DNA of 64,000 nucleotides, from assembly GCA_026390285.1 (NCBI GenBank), contig JAPLGH010000046.1:868-64867 (forward strand), in the 5' to 3' direction. The position numbers and the translations under genes are program-made. Position 1 is the first letter of the stretch. Every line of letters begins with the position of its first letter. The notes under the pieces were generated by a model. The model was not told the DNA's origin and did no database searches. It saw only the letters and a list, made by a program, of their open reading frames with translations. The stretch is from Caldisericota bacterium. Its GTDB lineage: Bacteria; Caldisericota; Caldisericia; Cryosericales; Cryosericaceae. This document shows, in pieces, positions 28,518 to 39,535 of this stretch.

Positions 28518-28794
28518 GAACGTGCCGTCTTCTTCTTTCAGGGACGGGAGATCATGGAACCTTCCCATGTTTGTGACGGACTAGTTCCAGGCAGGAGTCG
28601 GGTCTCCGGAATGACCACTGGTACAAACCATCCCGGGAAGTTGCAATGTTCCGGAAGACGATGACACTTAGGGTAGAGTATTGCTGAACCCGTTATCCGG
28701 TCCGGGGCGCACATTCCGCGAACGCCCGGACAATCGGTCGAGTCGGTCCTCTAGGCGCCATCGCGCTCTGGAACGCGCAAGGGAGACGAAGTCG

Positions 28795-29166
28795 ATGAAC
28801 CGTCCACGTGCAGGTGTCGTGCTTGTTCGGATCGCACGCATTCTCATGATCGCATTCATCCTGTTCCTGACGATGTTCTCGCTGGACGTGTTCGAGATAG
28901 AAGCGACGCTTCTCGAGCAGCTGGGTGGGTTCGTGATGCACTCCATCCCGTCACTCGTCCTGGTCGCAGTCCTGCTGGTCTCGTGGAGGAATCCACTCCT
29001 CGGCGGCATCCTGACTCTCGCATCTGCCGCAGCGCTCGTGCTGCGCTTCCGAATTCAGGCCATTACAGAGCTTGCGACGCTGGTCCTGCCCCTGATCACC
29101 GTTGGGACACTCTTCATTGCAGCCTATCTCGCAAGTAGAAAGGGGATCTCAGGTTCCCCTTCGTAG
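28795..29166 (+). CDS. Small 4-TM membrane protein
   Basis: FSLDVF...MHSIPS hydrophobic ORF; GGGAG RBS. Confidence 0.65.
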   Translation: MNRPRAGVVLVRIARILMIAFILFLTMFSLDVFEIEATLLEQLGGFVMHSIPSLVLVAVLLVSWRNPLLGGILTLASAAALVLRFRIQAITELATLVLPLITVGTLFIAAYLASRKGISGSPS

Positions 29167-29173
29167 GGACGGC

Positions 29174-31531
29174 TCAGAATGACTGCTGTTCCGTGCGCGC
29201 GATGATCTCCTCCTGCAGGCCGGACGTCAGGTCGCAGAAGAAATCGCTGTAGCCAGCCACGCGCACGATGAGGTCACGGTACTTGTCCGGCTCGGCCTGG
29301 GCAGCACGCAGCGTGGCCACCATCACGACGTTGAACTGGATATGATGCCCACCCAGCGTGAAATAGGAACGGATCAGGTGCGTGAGCGCCCCGAGCCCCA
29401 CATCCCCTTCCACCAGTGACGGCGAGAATTTCTGGTTGAGCAGGGTGCCTCCGGTACGCACATGGTCCATGCGAGATGCCGACTGGACGACCGCTGTCGG
29501 TCCCTTCCTGTCGGCTCCCTGAACAGGCGAGATGCCGTCCGACAGTGGCTGTCCCGCCCGGCGACCGTCCGGCATCGCTCCGGTCACCGAACCAAAGTAC
29601 ACGTGGACCGTGGTCGACAGATAGTTCACGTGATACGTCCCGCCCTTGGTATTGGGGCGGCCGTCGATCGCGTCGAACACCACATCAAAGAGCCGAGCAA
29701 GGATGTCGTCGGCTGCCGGGTCGTCGTTGCCGTACTTGGGCGAGCGGTTCCACAGCATCAGCCGCGTTTTCTCATGATCCACGAAGTCGGCGTCGATGGC
29801 CGCCAGGACGTCGTCCATGGTCAAGTCCTTCTGGTCGAAGACATGCGCCTTCAGTGCAGACAGGCTGTCGGTGCAGCTCCCCGGTGCCGTGACCTGGATG
29901 TACGTCGAATTGTACCGTGGGCCACCGTCGTTGTAGTCACGCCCGCGTGCAATGCAGTCCTCCACGAACAGCGATAGGAACGGCGCCGGCATCTGCTCGG
30001 CATATAGCCGCTCGATGACGTTGTTGCCACACACCTTGATGTCCACGAAGTGATGCAGCTGCGCTTTGAATGCTTCAAACAGCTCATCATAGCCGGCAAA
30101 GGTTCGCGGATCACCTGTGTGCAGACCGATGACCTTGCTCGTACGTGGGTCCAGACCGTCATGCAGGGTCACTTCGAGAATCTTGGGCAGGTTCAGGTAG
30201 CCGGTGAGGATATACGCTTCACGGCCGAACGCACCGGTTTCGACACAGCCGGAAATGCCGCCCATGCGGGCATCGACCACAGATTTTCCCTGGCGGAGGA
30301 GCTCCTCGACAACCATGTCGGCATTGAAGACGGAGGGCTGACCCCAGCCTTCGCGGATGATTGCGGCGGCACGCCTGAGGAAGCGGTCCGGATTTTTGCG
30401 GCTGAGCTGGATGTTGGAAGACGGCTGCAGCAGGTGCATGTCGTCGATGACGTCCAGCAGGAGATAGCTGACTTCGTTCACGCCGTCCGAGCCGTCGGGG
30501 CGCAGTCCACCCACATTGATGTTGGCAAAGTCTGTATACGTTCCGCTTTCGGCAGCCGTCACTCCCACTTTGGGCGGCGCAGGCTGATTGTTGAACTTGA
30601 TCCAGAAGCACTCCAGGAGTTCCATGCCCGACTCGCGCGTCAGTGTTCGGTCGGCAAGCCCCTTCGCGTAGAACGGCTCCAGGTGCTGGTCGAGGCGCCC
30701 GGGACAGAACGAATCCCAGGTGTTCAGTTCGGTCACCACGCCCAGGTGCACAAACCAGTATGCCTGCAGCGCCTCGTGGAAGGTGCGCGGAGCGTGCGCC
30801 GGAACCCAGGAGCAGACCTCGGCGATGCGCAGAAGTTCCGCCCTGCGCACGAGGTCCTGCTCTGCATTGCCCATTGAACGGGCCAGAGCGGCATTGCGCT
30901 CTGCATAATTCATCATCGCGTCTGCGGCAATGGCCATAGCCACCAGCTCTTCGCGGCGCGCCGTTGCCTGAGGGTCGTTCAGGAAGTCGAGGCCGGCAAC
31001 GGCGTCTGCCACCTCCACCTTCAGTTCCAGCAGTCCCTTGTGATAGATGACATCGCCCAGCACGGTATGGCCGGGCGCGCGCTGCTCCATGAACTCGGTA
31101 AACACGCCGGCTTCGTAGGCGTCCTTCCACGCAGGTTCCATCAGAACAAACATGCGGTCACGCATGGACCGCCCGTTCCATGCAGGAATGACCTCCTCCT
31201 GCTGGATGCGGCGGCCCTCGTCGTCGACCTTGTAGGAGATCTTCTCCCTCGTGTCGAGGACAGTGAGGTCCTGCATGCTGTGACAGCACAGCTCAGGGAA
31301 GGACGGCACGGCTTTGGGCGCGGGACCACGTTCGCCCACGATCAGCTCGCCAGGACCGATGAACAGCTGCTTGTGTTCAAGAATGTATTGCAGAAGGTGT
31401 GCGCGGTAGACGGGTACCGACAATCCCCGCGCCTGCCGGTCGAACTCCGTCACCAGATGCGCTCGCTCCAGGGACAGCCGGGGTACTGCGTCAAGACTCT
31501 CCTGACGCAGACGTGCAACGCGTTCGTTCAT
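29174..31531 (-). CDS. hypD: trans-4-hydroxy-L-proline dehydratase (glycyl radical enzyme)
   Basis: FMEQRAPGH, ESGTYTDF, SGCVE, TTVHVYFG, VRVAGYS. Confidence 0.85.
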   Translation of the reverse strand: MNERVARLRQESLDAVPRLSLERAHLVTEFDRQARGLSVPVYRAHLLQYILEHKQLFIGPGELIVGERGPAPKAVPSFPELCCHSMQDLTVLDTREKISYKVDDEGRRIQQEEVIPAWNGRSMRDRMFVLMEPAWKDAYEAGVFTEFMEQRAPGHTVLGDVIYHKGLLELKVEVADAVAGLDFLNDPQATARREELVAMAIAADAMMNYAERNAALARSMGNAEQDLVRRAELLRIAEVCSWVPAHAPRTFHEALQAYWFVHLGVVTELNTWDSFCPGRLDQHLEPFYAKGLADRTLTRESGMELLECFWIKFNNQPAPPKVGVTAAESGTYTDFANINVGGLRPDGSDGVNEVSYLLLDVIDDMHLLQPSSNIQLSRKNPDRFLRRAAAIIREGWGQPSVFNADMVVEELLRQGKSVVDARMGGISGCVETGAFGREAYILTGYLNLPKILEVTLHDGLDPRTSKVIGLHTGDPRTFAGYDELFEAFKAQLHHFVDIKVCGNNVIERLYAEQMPAPFLSLFVEDCIARGRDYNDGGPRYNSTYIQVTAPGSCTDSLSALKAHVFDQKDLTMDDVLAAIDADFVDHEKTRLMLWNRSPKYGNDDPAADDILARLFDVVFDAIDGRPNTKGGTYHVNYLSTTVHVYFGSVTGAMPDGRRAGQPLSDGISPVQGADRKGPTAVVQSASRMDHVRTGGTLLNQKFSPSLVEGDVGLGALTHLIRSYFTLGGHHIQFNVVMVATLRAAQAEPDKYRDLIVRVAGYSDFFCDLTSGLQEEIIARTEQQSF

Positions 31532-32429
31532 GCTGACCTCCCACCGACGCTTCGATGCCGGCGTCCGCGAACGCGCGCCGGATGTTCTCCATGGCTTCCG
31601 CCGAAGGAGGCTGGAGTTCGGCCAGCTCGTACGGCCTTCCAAGCCTCCGGTATTTGTCCGTCCCGATGCGGTGGTAGGGCAGCAAGTCGATCTCGCGCAG
31701 GCCCAGCCGACGCATCATCGCAACCATCAAGCCAACGTTCTCACTGTCGTCGTTGACCCCCGGTATCACGGGAAAACGTATAATGACGTGGGCATGAACC
31801 GTCGCCAGCGCTGCGAGATTTGCAAGGATTGCCTCGTTTCCCACGCCTGTCGCTTCTCCGTGCCGCGCCTGGTCCATGAGCTTGACGTCGTACAGAAACA
31901 GGTCGACCTTGTCCGCCATCCCCAGCAGTTCCCCTTGGTCAGTCATCCCGCAGGTCTCGACCGCAGTCGATATGCCTTCGTCCTGACAGGCTTCAAGCAG
32001 ACTTCTCAGGAATGCCGGCTGCATGAAGGGCTCGCCACCGGAGAACGTGACGCCACCACCCGACTCCTCGAAGAACACGCGGTTCCGAACAAGCTCGCTC
32101 ATTACCTCTACCACGGTCATGATCCTGCCCGCAATCGTCCTTGCCCCGGCGAGACAGGCGTCGACACACCGTCCACATGCAGTACACGCATCGGTTGCCG
32201 CGGGTACTCCACCCACCAGGACTGCCGCGCCCGTCGGGCATGTTGTCAGGCAATCCCCACACCCGGTGCACCGTTCCACCACAATCATCAGCTCAGGGTT
32301 CGGGGTCTGACTTTCGGGGTTGTGACACCACCGGCAAGCCAGCGGACAGCCCTTGAGAAACACGACCGTGCGGATCCCCGGCCCGTCATGTAAAGCATAG
32401 TGCATGACATTGAACACCATACCACTCAT
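31491..32429 (-). CDS. Glycyl-radical enzyme activating protein (radical SAM with ferredoxin insert)
   Basis: HDGPGIRT, CPLACRWCHNPE, two CxxCxxC clusters, SGGEP. Confidence 0.9.
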   Translation of the reverse strand: MSGMVFNVMHYALHDGPGIRTVVFLKGCPLACRWCHNPESQTPNPELMIVVERCTGCGDCLTTCPTGAAVLVGGVPAATDACTACGRCVDACLAGARTIAGRIMTVVEVMSELVRNRVFFEESGGGVTFSGGEPFMQPAFLRSLLEACQDEGISTAVETCGMTDQGELLGMADKVDLFLYDVKLMDQARHGEATGVGNEAILANLAALATVHAHVIIRFPVIPGVNDDSENVGLMVAMMRRLGLREIDLLPYHRIGTDKYRRLGRPYELAELQPPSAEAMENIRRAFADAGIEASVGGQHERTRCTSASGES

Positions 32430-32649
32430 CTGTATGCTCCACACGGCCTTTTCATGCTTGATGTCGCTTGTCGCCATTTCATCCAACCATTTTAGCACAA
32501 CACACTGCAAGGTCATATTGCCCACGTGATGACCCTTCGGCACCCCTCGCCACACCCTCTGTGGAAACAACGGTCAACCTGACTACACTGGAGCATGACA
32601 GCACAGCGTGCACTGTCATGCTCCACACCCCGTTCCTCAGGAGGGACCG

Positions 32650-33135
32650 ATGGAAGGAGAACACGTGCTGGGCGCACTCCCGGTCCAGTGGCACAAGAAC
32701 TTGCTTAATATCATCCCGTGGACTATCGTGGTCACCAACAGTCGTATCATCGTCGCCAGGCTCACACCGGAGATCCAGAAACAAGCAGTCGACGCCAAGG
32801 TAAAGGAGAAGGGAGGGGGGTTCCTCAAGCGTATGGCGGTCGCCGCCACCAGCGGGTTCACCTTGCATGAACGGTACCTCACGATGGACCCGGAAGCCGT
32901 GATGATCGAAACGCCCGAGAACTGGTGGGTCGACGCCCCCGGCGTCTCACAGGTCACGGTCACGCAGGGGCGCTGGGTCACGGACCACGACAACCATCGG
33001 TGGCAGAACGACCACCAGCTCGTCATCGTAACACAGCAGGGGAAGTTCTCCTACACGTTCAAACCATTGATGAACGCCACGGACGCGGCCAACCTTCTCG
33101 CCCAGGTGTTCGGCGCGACGGTTACGCTGCGCTAG
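32650..33135 (+). CDS. Hypothetical protein (possibly PH-like)
   Basis: GGAGGG RBS, coding-like codon usage. Confidence 0.6.
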   Translation: MEGEHVLGALPVQWHKNLLNIIPWTIVVTNSRIIVARLTPEIQKQAVDAKVKEKGGGFLKRMAVAATSGFTLHERYLTMDPEAVMIETPENWWVDAPGVSQVTVTQGRWVTDHDNHRWQNDHQLVIVTQQGKFSYTFKPLMNATDAANLLAQVFGATVTLR

Positions 33136-34887
33136 GGTTTCGTCGGTCCCAGCCTGGGGCGGATGACGATGGTGTGCGTCGGCCGCCCGAGCGTGTTACG
33201 GTACGTGAGCACATGGCCCACGTCGTCCTTGAGGAAGGTGCCATCCGTCATCCATACCTCATACCCGAACGGGTACTGTGACGGCGGCACGAAGATCTCG
33301 GTCGGCAGGATGACGCCCGGGTCGTGACGGAAGGTGAAGCGCATGACCCTGCGGCACATGTCGTAGGAGAGCTGGAGAGGTTCGCCGGCCGTCGCGACCG
33401 GATACGGGCGAACGACGGCCCGCAGTGCTCGTCCCCCCCTGTCGAGGACTCTCGTATCCCTACCCTGGTCTGGACTCCAGATAGACAGGTCTTCGCCGTT
33501 CCAGCCGTCGCCCCTCTCATTCGTGTTGGTTGCCGTGTAGTTCCAGATCGTTGCTGAGCAGAGACTGCTTTCCACAGCGCGAAGACTGCGGTCCATGAGT
33601 GCCTCCTCTTCCCGGTAGTCACCGGTACGGAACGCACGTCCCCCGCGAAGGTCAAACGGGATACCGATCTCACCGACGACGGTGGGTCCGTGCAGGCGCT
33701 CGGTCCCAGCCTGGCGGATGGCCGACAGCTGCCAGGCGAAGCTGCGGCGCACGGCCCACGGTCCGAGGACGATCCGGTTGCGCACACTGTCATAGCCGAG
33801 CCACGCATCGGACCGCTTCAGAACCAGTGGAACTGCGTCGTACCAGTGCGGCGCAGACACGAACCCCGAACATCTGTCTCCGACCTTCGGTGGCAGAGCC
33901 TGTGGCTCACCCTCGGCGAAAATGAGCGCTTCGGGATCTACCGACCGGACCGCGTTCGCATAGCGCCGTATGAACGGGACCAGGTAGTCCTGTTCGAAGT
34001 CGACTTCTCGACCGTCGACGCGCGAAAAGTAGTCTGGAACGAGCAGCTGCGGGACGCCCTCGCTGTCCACCGTCCAGACCCCGTGCTCGCGCCAGATGCA
34101 CGGCCTGCCTTCCTTCCACGCCCGGACGTGTCCTGTGTTGAGCTGTCGGTGTCCTTGCAGGCGTGCACCGCCCAGTCCCGTGCCCCAGACGCCCACCTCC
34201 TGTTCCAGTCCGTCGCCCAGCGCAAACGACTGGAGAGGTGTCGGCTGGAGGTCGACCCTCAGCAAGCTGTCGTGCGCCGTAAGGTCCTTCCAGCCAATGT
34301 ACCCGTGCGACGGCTCATTGAACGTGTCATAGCCCAGGACGCACGGCTTCCCCTTCAGGCGCCGCACGACCTGGAGAACGGCATCCACGTAGTGCCGCTG
34401 GAGGTACTCCTGGATTGGTTCGCCCTCGACGAGAAGGTGTGGGGCGAAGTCGCTGCCACCGAAGAAGAGCGTGAACATCGTCGCCGACGCCAGCCGACTC
34501 GCATTGGTCGGCCAGATGATATGCGAGAATGGGTCTCCGTGCGTCTGATGGACTGTCCCCTGCCAGCTGGACGACCCGCTCGACGTACTCCAGGTACTCG
34601 GTATCGTAGAGCCCCGGCCCCGCGTGCTCGATCGCCTCCCATGTCACCAGGAAGCGCAACAGCGTCAGCCCCCAGGACTTGAGGCGCGACAGGTGCTCGA
34701 CTGCCTCTGACAGAGGAAACGGCCGGCCCACAAACGAGACCATGCGGTGGTCGAAGAATCCTTGGGCCAGATGCGTCGCTCCATCCGGGATGACCGGAAC
34801 CTTGCTGTCTCCTCCGAGGTTGACGCCGCGCAGGAGGAGCGTGCGCCCCGCTTCGTCCCGGAACCAGCTCTCGTCAGGATGCATCAT
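33132..34887 (-). pseudogene. GH5 endoglycoceramidase-like glycosidase, internal deletion + frameshift at ~34557
   Basis: GRTLLLRGVNLGG...WEAIEHAGPG in one frame; WPTN...NEP...HWYD...VGEIG...WNGEDLS in another; the DPHQD segment is missing. Confidence 0.8.
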
Positions 34888-34971
34888 CTCACCACTCGAA
34901 GGAAGTCGGGCTCCGGCGCAGACCAAAGGAGGCAATGATGGGTCCTCTGGTCCCACCGAACATGTGTGCCA

Positions 34972-35451
34972 TCACCGAGTCCCCGCGGCATTCATCGTGC
35001 GGACGGCACGTGCGGAGAACGGCAGGAGGTCGATGACCTCAGCTGCTTCACCCTCGGTCAACCCAAACACCTCCATATGTGCTCCGTAATCGTGCAGGAC
35101 GAACATCTGGTCTCCATCACGTGTCAGGGCAATCTGCCACCACCAGAGCGACTCATGGCCGGAACCGTGCCCCCCGGCGACAGCTCTGGTGACTGCGGGC
35201 GTAACTGCACCCCAGAACATCAGCGCTCCATCTTCGCGCCTCCGCTCGATTGTCTCGGCGACCGGCATGAGCAGCTTGATGGCGTCAGTGTCTTCCCTCT
35301 GACAGACAACCTCGAACGTCCCCGAACGACGCAGGACAAACTCAGCAACGGGCACCCAGAACGCTGTTGAAACGCTAGTTTCGACGCCGGGCAACATGCC
35401 TCTCAGGTCAGGAATCGTGATATGCAGCGCCGTGAGCTTGCCGGTCGTCAT
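34972..35451 (-). CDS. Hypothetical protein
   Basis: ORF sits in operon position upstream of the GH5 gene. Confidence 0.45.
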   Translation of the reverse strand: MTTGKLTALHITIPDLRGMLPGVETSVSTAFWVPVAEFVLRRSGTFEVVCQREDTDAIKLLMPVAETIERRREDGALMFWGAVTPAVTRAVAGGHGSGHESLWWWQIALTRDGDQMFVLHDYGAHMEVFGLTEGEAAEVIDLLPFSARAVRTMNAAGTR

Positions 35452-35603
35452 GTCACCGCGGGCCGCGTTCACCCAGGAACCGAGGCAACGACTCCTCCAG
35501 CTCAACGTGGATATCCCCTGCAACCGTCTCAACAATCATCGTTCTCTCCATTCTCATGCGACATGATACCAGACACGACCAGTTTATCCCGGGCGGCAGG
35601 TAA

Positions 35604-36185
35604 TCAAGGGGATCCGCCGGAAGAGTCACGGAGGAACCGGGCCAGGTCCTGCCAGGGTCCGATATCGAAGAACCGTTGCGCCAGGCCGGAGGTCGACGGC
35701 AGGACCCACACCACTGTCCGACCGATGTACTCCTGTTGCCTGCCCTGCATGGCTCTCCTCCCCAGGAACCGAGCGGCCACGGTCCTGCTGGTGAATGCCA
35801 GCACACACGGCTGCCATCGCAGAACCTTTGCCGTCAGCAGTCTGCGCGCCTCGTCCATATCAACATGGCCGTCGAAGATGTGCACGTCCTGCCCGTGATC
35901 GGTCTTGATAAGGTCGGTCAGTCCGATGCCCCAGTCGACCAGCCGTGGATATTCCTCGGCCACAAGCCGGCGGGGCGTCAGCCCGACCTCTGCAAGCGTC
36001 TGCCAGAAGCGATTGCCAGGATTGGCATAGTAGGCCCGCCGCTCCCAGGAGACATCCCCCAATGCCGAACCGCAGAAGACGACACGCAGACCATCAGTCA
36101 GGACGTCCGGCATCAGATCTCCGGCGGGCGGGCCGTCGACAGCCGGTTTCAGCTCGCCCCCTTCCTCTTCGTCTCGGTTTCTCAT
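35604..36185 (-). CDS. mug: Mismatch-specific uracil/thymine DNA glycosylase (Mug/TDG family)
   Basis: LRVVFCG...YYANPGNRFW...GIGLTDL...LPSTSG. Confidence 0.85.
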   Translation of the reverse strand: MRNRDEEEGGELKPAVDGPPAGDLMPDVLTDGLRVVFCGSALGDVSWERRAYYANPGNRFWQTLAEVGLTPRRLVAEEYPRLVDWGIGLTDLIKTDHGQDVHIFDGHVDMDEARRLLTAKVLRWQPCVLAFTSRTVAARFLGRRAMQGRQQEYIGRTVVWVLPSTSGLAQRFFDIGPWQDLARFLRDSSGGSP

Positions 36186-36270
36186 GATTTCAGTATAGCA
36201 GTGTGAAGCCGGCGGCTTGCAAAAATCGCTTCGGACGGTAGTCTCAGGAAAACTGCATGAAGGAGTACCC

Positions 36271-38163
36271 ATGAACGGCAAACGCATCTATAGCATCGCA
36301 GGAGGGCAGTGTGGCCGCGAGACCCTGCTCGCCATCCTGCGCGAGCATCCCGAGATTTGTTTCGTCTCTCTGGTGGCAATCGACCTTGCCGGCAACGACA
36401 CGGACGAGCGTATCCCCATCCAGACCTTTGTCGCCGACATCGACGCGTTTCTGGCCGGCAAGGCTGTCCAGACCGACGGTTCGTCTGTCGTGCTGGGCGG
36501 CATGACCTCGCTCAGCGATGCGCAGGTCGACCTTGCGCCGGACCTGACAGCCACCTGGTTCGTCGACTACAACGAGGCACACGTGGACCACGAGACTGGT
36601 CTTCCAGTGGGGACACTGCGTATCCCGTCCTTTCTGGTACACCGCGGTGAGCGCATCGACTCGCGCTCGCTGCTTGCAGCCACACTGGACTATGCTGGGG
36701 CAGAACTCCTGAAGCTTCTGCGCAGCCACTCGTCGTCCCCGCTTCTTGCTCACCTCGAGCCGGCACGGCTTGCGGGCATCGAGTTCACCGTCGGAACAGA
36801 GCTCGAATTCTGGGTCAAGACGCCGACCGACACGGCTAATGTCGAGGAACTCTCGGCAGCACAGATTCTGCAGGAAAACTACTGGCAGCGCACGCGAGGT
36901 GTCGCCCGGACCGCTCTCGAACAGGCTGTGATGGCACTTGAAGCGTATGGTCTGCACCCCGAGATGGGCCATAAGGAAGTCGGCGGCGTCAAGGCAGCCA
37001 TCGGGGCCGGCGGCGAACTGACCCACGTCATGGAGCAGATGGAGATCGACTGGCGATACGCCCCGGCACTCCAGGCCGCGGACAATGAACTCCTTGCGCG
37101 CATCCTGGTGAAGGAGACATTCCGCGCCAACGGCCTCACGGTCAATTTCAAGGCCAAACCCATCCCGGGTGTCGCGGGTTCCGGCGAACATACGCACTTG
37201 GGCGTCGCAGGCGTCCTTCCCAGTGGCAGGCGCATCAACCTCTTCGCACCTGCAGACATGCGTGCCGACTTTCTGAGCGCGATCGGATACGGAGCGCTGA
37301 TGGGTCTTCTCCGCAACTACGAAGTCGTCGGCCCATTCATCTCCGCGAGCAACGATGCCTTCAACAGGCTCAAACCCGGTTTCGAAGCACCCGTCTGCAT
37401 TGTCGCAGCACTGGGACTCGATCCCGCCGTCCCATCGCGTAACCGTACAGTCCTGGCAGGCCTGGTCCGAGATGCCGACAATCCGCGCGCGACCCGTTTC
37501 GAACTGCGTGCTCCCAACCCCTACACCAACACCTATCTCGCCGTGGCCGCTTCCGCGCTTGCTATGCTGGATGGCATGAAGTGGGCGGTTGAGTCCGGCA
37601 CACCACCCGAAGCTCTCCTCGCCGAGATCTCCAAGAAGCCAGGCGAACCGGCAGCCTACCTTGAGAAAGACCGGGCGTACCGGGCAGAGGAAAATGTCTT
37701 CGAGAACTATTCCCAGGAAGAGCGCGACCACCTTTTTGGCGTTCCTCCAGCCAATGTCTGGGAAAACATGCAGAACCTGGCAGCCGTCCCGGAGCGCGTT
37801 CGCGTCCTGACCGCAGGAAATGCGCTGACACCCCGCGTGATCGACGCGTTCCGCAGTGCGGCGACTGCTCGCTGGAAACACGAACTCCTGGTCCGCATCA
37901 TCCCCGAAGACTTGGACACGGTACGGGCTTGTCAGCCTCTGAGTCTTGCAAGCGACCGCGCTCAGGATCTGTGGAAGCGCATCGACGCTCTACGCCATGA
38001 GCTGGCCGATGATACTGCCGGAAGCCCCGCCCTGTGCACCCGGCTGATATCCGCTCTCTCTGGCGACTCTCTGCAGGAAGCGTCAAAGCTTCAGATTGTG
38101 CTTGCCAACCGCATGGACCACCTGCGACAGCTGGAGGACGAGTACCACAAGCTGGTGTTCTAG
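36271..38163 (+). CDS. glnA: Glutamine synthetase (long clostridial-type)
   Basis: QTDGSS, ELEF, HKEVGG, GSGEHTH, RLKPGFEAP, SRNR, FELR. Confidence 0.85.
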   Translation: MNGKRIYSIAGGQCGRETLLAILREHPEICFVSLVAIDLAGNDTDERIPIQTFVADIDAFLAGKAVQTDGSSVVLGGMTSLSDAQVDLAPDLTATWFVDYNEAHVDHETGLPVGTLRIPSFLVHRGERIDSRSLLAATLDYAGAELLKLLRSHSSSPLLAHLEPARLAGIEFTVGTELEFWVKTPTDTANVEELSAAQILQENYWQRTRGVARTALEQAVMALEAYGLHPEMGHKEVGGVKAAIGAGGELTHVMEQMEIDWRYAPALQAADNELLARILVKETFRANGLTVNFKAKPIPGVAGSGEHTHLGVAGVLPSGRRINLFAPADMRADFLSAIGYGALMGLLRNYEVVGPFISASNDAFNRLKPGFEAPVCIVAALGLDPAVPSRNRTVLAGLVRDADNPRATRFELRAPNPYTNTYLAVAASALAMLDGMKWAVESGTPPEALLAEISKKPGEPAAYLEKDRAYRAEENVFENYSQEERDHLFGVPPANVWENMQNLAAVPERVRVLTAGNALTPRVIDAFRSAATARWKHELLVRIIPEDLDTVRACQPLSLASDRAQDLWKRIDALRHELADDTAGSPALCTRLISALSGDSLQEASKLQIVLANRMDHLRQLEDEYHKLVF

Positions 38164-38168
38164 CATGG

Positions 38169-38199
38169 AATCGGGCGGACCTTTCCGGTCCGCCCGATT
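38169..38199. terminator. Bidirectional terminator
   Basis: AATCGGGCGGACC / GGTCCGCCCGATT between convergent genes. Confidence 0.75.
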
Positions 38200-38224
38200 G
38201 TTCGCTCTGGTTCAGAAGAAGTTC

Positions 38225-38680
38225 TTACTTTTCCACTACCGTCAACTCACTTGTGCAATATGGACAGCGCGTAGCGTCAATGGGAATCTCCGTCTTGCAG
38301 AAAGGGCACACCCTGGTCGTAGCGGCCGGGGTCGCGACCCTTTTCTCGGACATCTCTCTCATCCTGTTCATCGCCTTCACCATGAAGAAAATGACCAGTG
38401 AAATGATGAGGAAGTCGACAACCGTATTGAGAAACAGTCCGACATTGATGGTCGGGGCTCCAGCTGCCCTGGCTAGGTCGAAGGTCGGATACTTCGTGCG
38501 ACCAAGATTGATGTAGAGGCTGGTGAAGTTGACACGTCCCATCAACAAACCAATCGGGGGCATCAGGATGTCATTGACAAGAGACGTGATGACCTTGCCG
38601 ACCACGCCGCCGATGATGACACCAATAGCCAGGTCGATCATGCTTCCTTTCAGGGCGAACTTCTTGAACTCGTTCCACAT
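38225..38680 (-). CDS. mscL: Large-conductance mechanosensitive channel with C-terminal Zn ribbon
   Basis: EFKKFALKGSMIDLAIGVIIG...SLVNDILMP; CPFC..CPYC. Confidence 0.9.
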   Translation of the reverse strand: MWNEFKKFALKGSMIDLAIGVIIGGVVGKVITSLVNDILMPPIGLLMGRVNFTSLYINLGRTKYPTFDLARAAGAPTINVGLFLNTVVDFLIISLVIFFMVKAMNRMREMSEKRVATPAATTRVCPFCKTEIPIDATRCPYCTSELTVVEK

Positions 38681-38796
38681 GGGGCACCTCCACGAGCAGT
38701 ATAGCAACAGCTCCTATCCCAGCAGCACCCCATTCGCGGGAAGGATAGAGTGAATTCTCTCACCAGAAGGTTTCACCCCACCAGCGAGGAGAGCAC

Positions 38797-38824
38797 TTGA
38801 CGTCCGCCGGGGGCTGCCTATACT
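38797..38824 (+). promoter_or_regulatory. Sigma70 promoter of trk operon
   Basis: TTGACG-16-TATACT. Confidence 0.65.
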
Positions 38825-38874
38825 AACAACTTTGTGATGAGTCCGTTCTAGGGGTTCGCAAGGAGATGTCTGTT

Positions 38875-39531
38875 ATGTATATCATCATCGTTGGTTGTGG
38901 GCGCCTTGGCGCTCAGCTCGCCACAAAGCTCTCGGAAGAAGGCCACGACGTGGCCGTGGTAGACCGCAATCCAGGCAACTTCAGTCGGCTCAGCGACGAG
39001 TTCAATGGAGCTACTATTACCGGAGTTGGATTCGACATCGAGGTACTGAAGTCTGCAGGGATTGAGCATGCGGATGGTTTTGCTGCAGTGACTGACGGAG
39101 ACAACATGAACATCATGGCCGCGCAGGTCGCCAAGACCATTTTCAAGGTTCCCATGGTGATTGCTCGCGTGTTCGATCCTGTCAAGGGGGAGACGTACAG
39201 GGCTCTCGGCCTCGAGACGGTCTGTCCAACGACTTCAGCTGCGAACATCATTTACAGCAAGTTCATGATCCGCGGCGAGAACAGTCACTTCATTCTGCCC
39301 GGCGGCGGTATTGAGCTGGTCGAAGTCCCCTTCCATCCGAGGATCCCGGCAACAACGATAGCCGAGATCGAGGCTCTGGACGACTTCAAGGTCATCTCGC
39401 TGACGCGCGATGGAACCACGACTTTTCCCAAAGGGACCGACGTGCTCGCCGAAAGCGATCAACTGCTGGTGGCACTGCACATATCGGACCTTCCAAGGAT
39501 CAGCGCGATCTTCCATCTGAATGAGAGGTAG
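38875..39531 (+). CDS. trkA: TrkA-family K+ uptake regulatory subunit
   Basis: IVGCGRLG RCK_N; DNMN. Confidence 0.85.
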   Translation: MYIIIVGCGRLGAQLATKLSEEGHDVAVVDRNPGNFSRLSDEFNGATITGVGFDIEVLKSAGIEHADGFAAVTDGDNMNIMAAQVAKTIFKVPMVIARVFDPVKGETYRALGLETVCPTTSAANIIYSKFMIRGENSHFILPGGGIELVEVPFHPRIPATTIAEIEALDDFKVISLTRDGTTTFPKGTDVLAESDQLLVALHISDLPRISAIFHLNER

Positions 39532-39535
39532 AACC

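Noticed and set aside
36244-37881. Long antisense ORFs (also 5916-7244, 39784-41073, 50862-52478)
   Set aside because: Shadow frames of GC-rich genes with no motifs.
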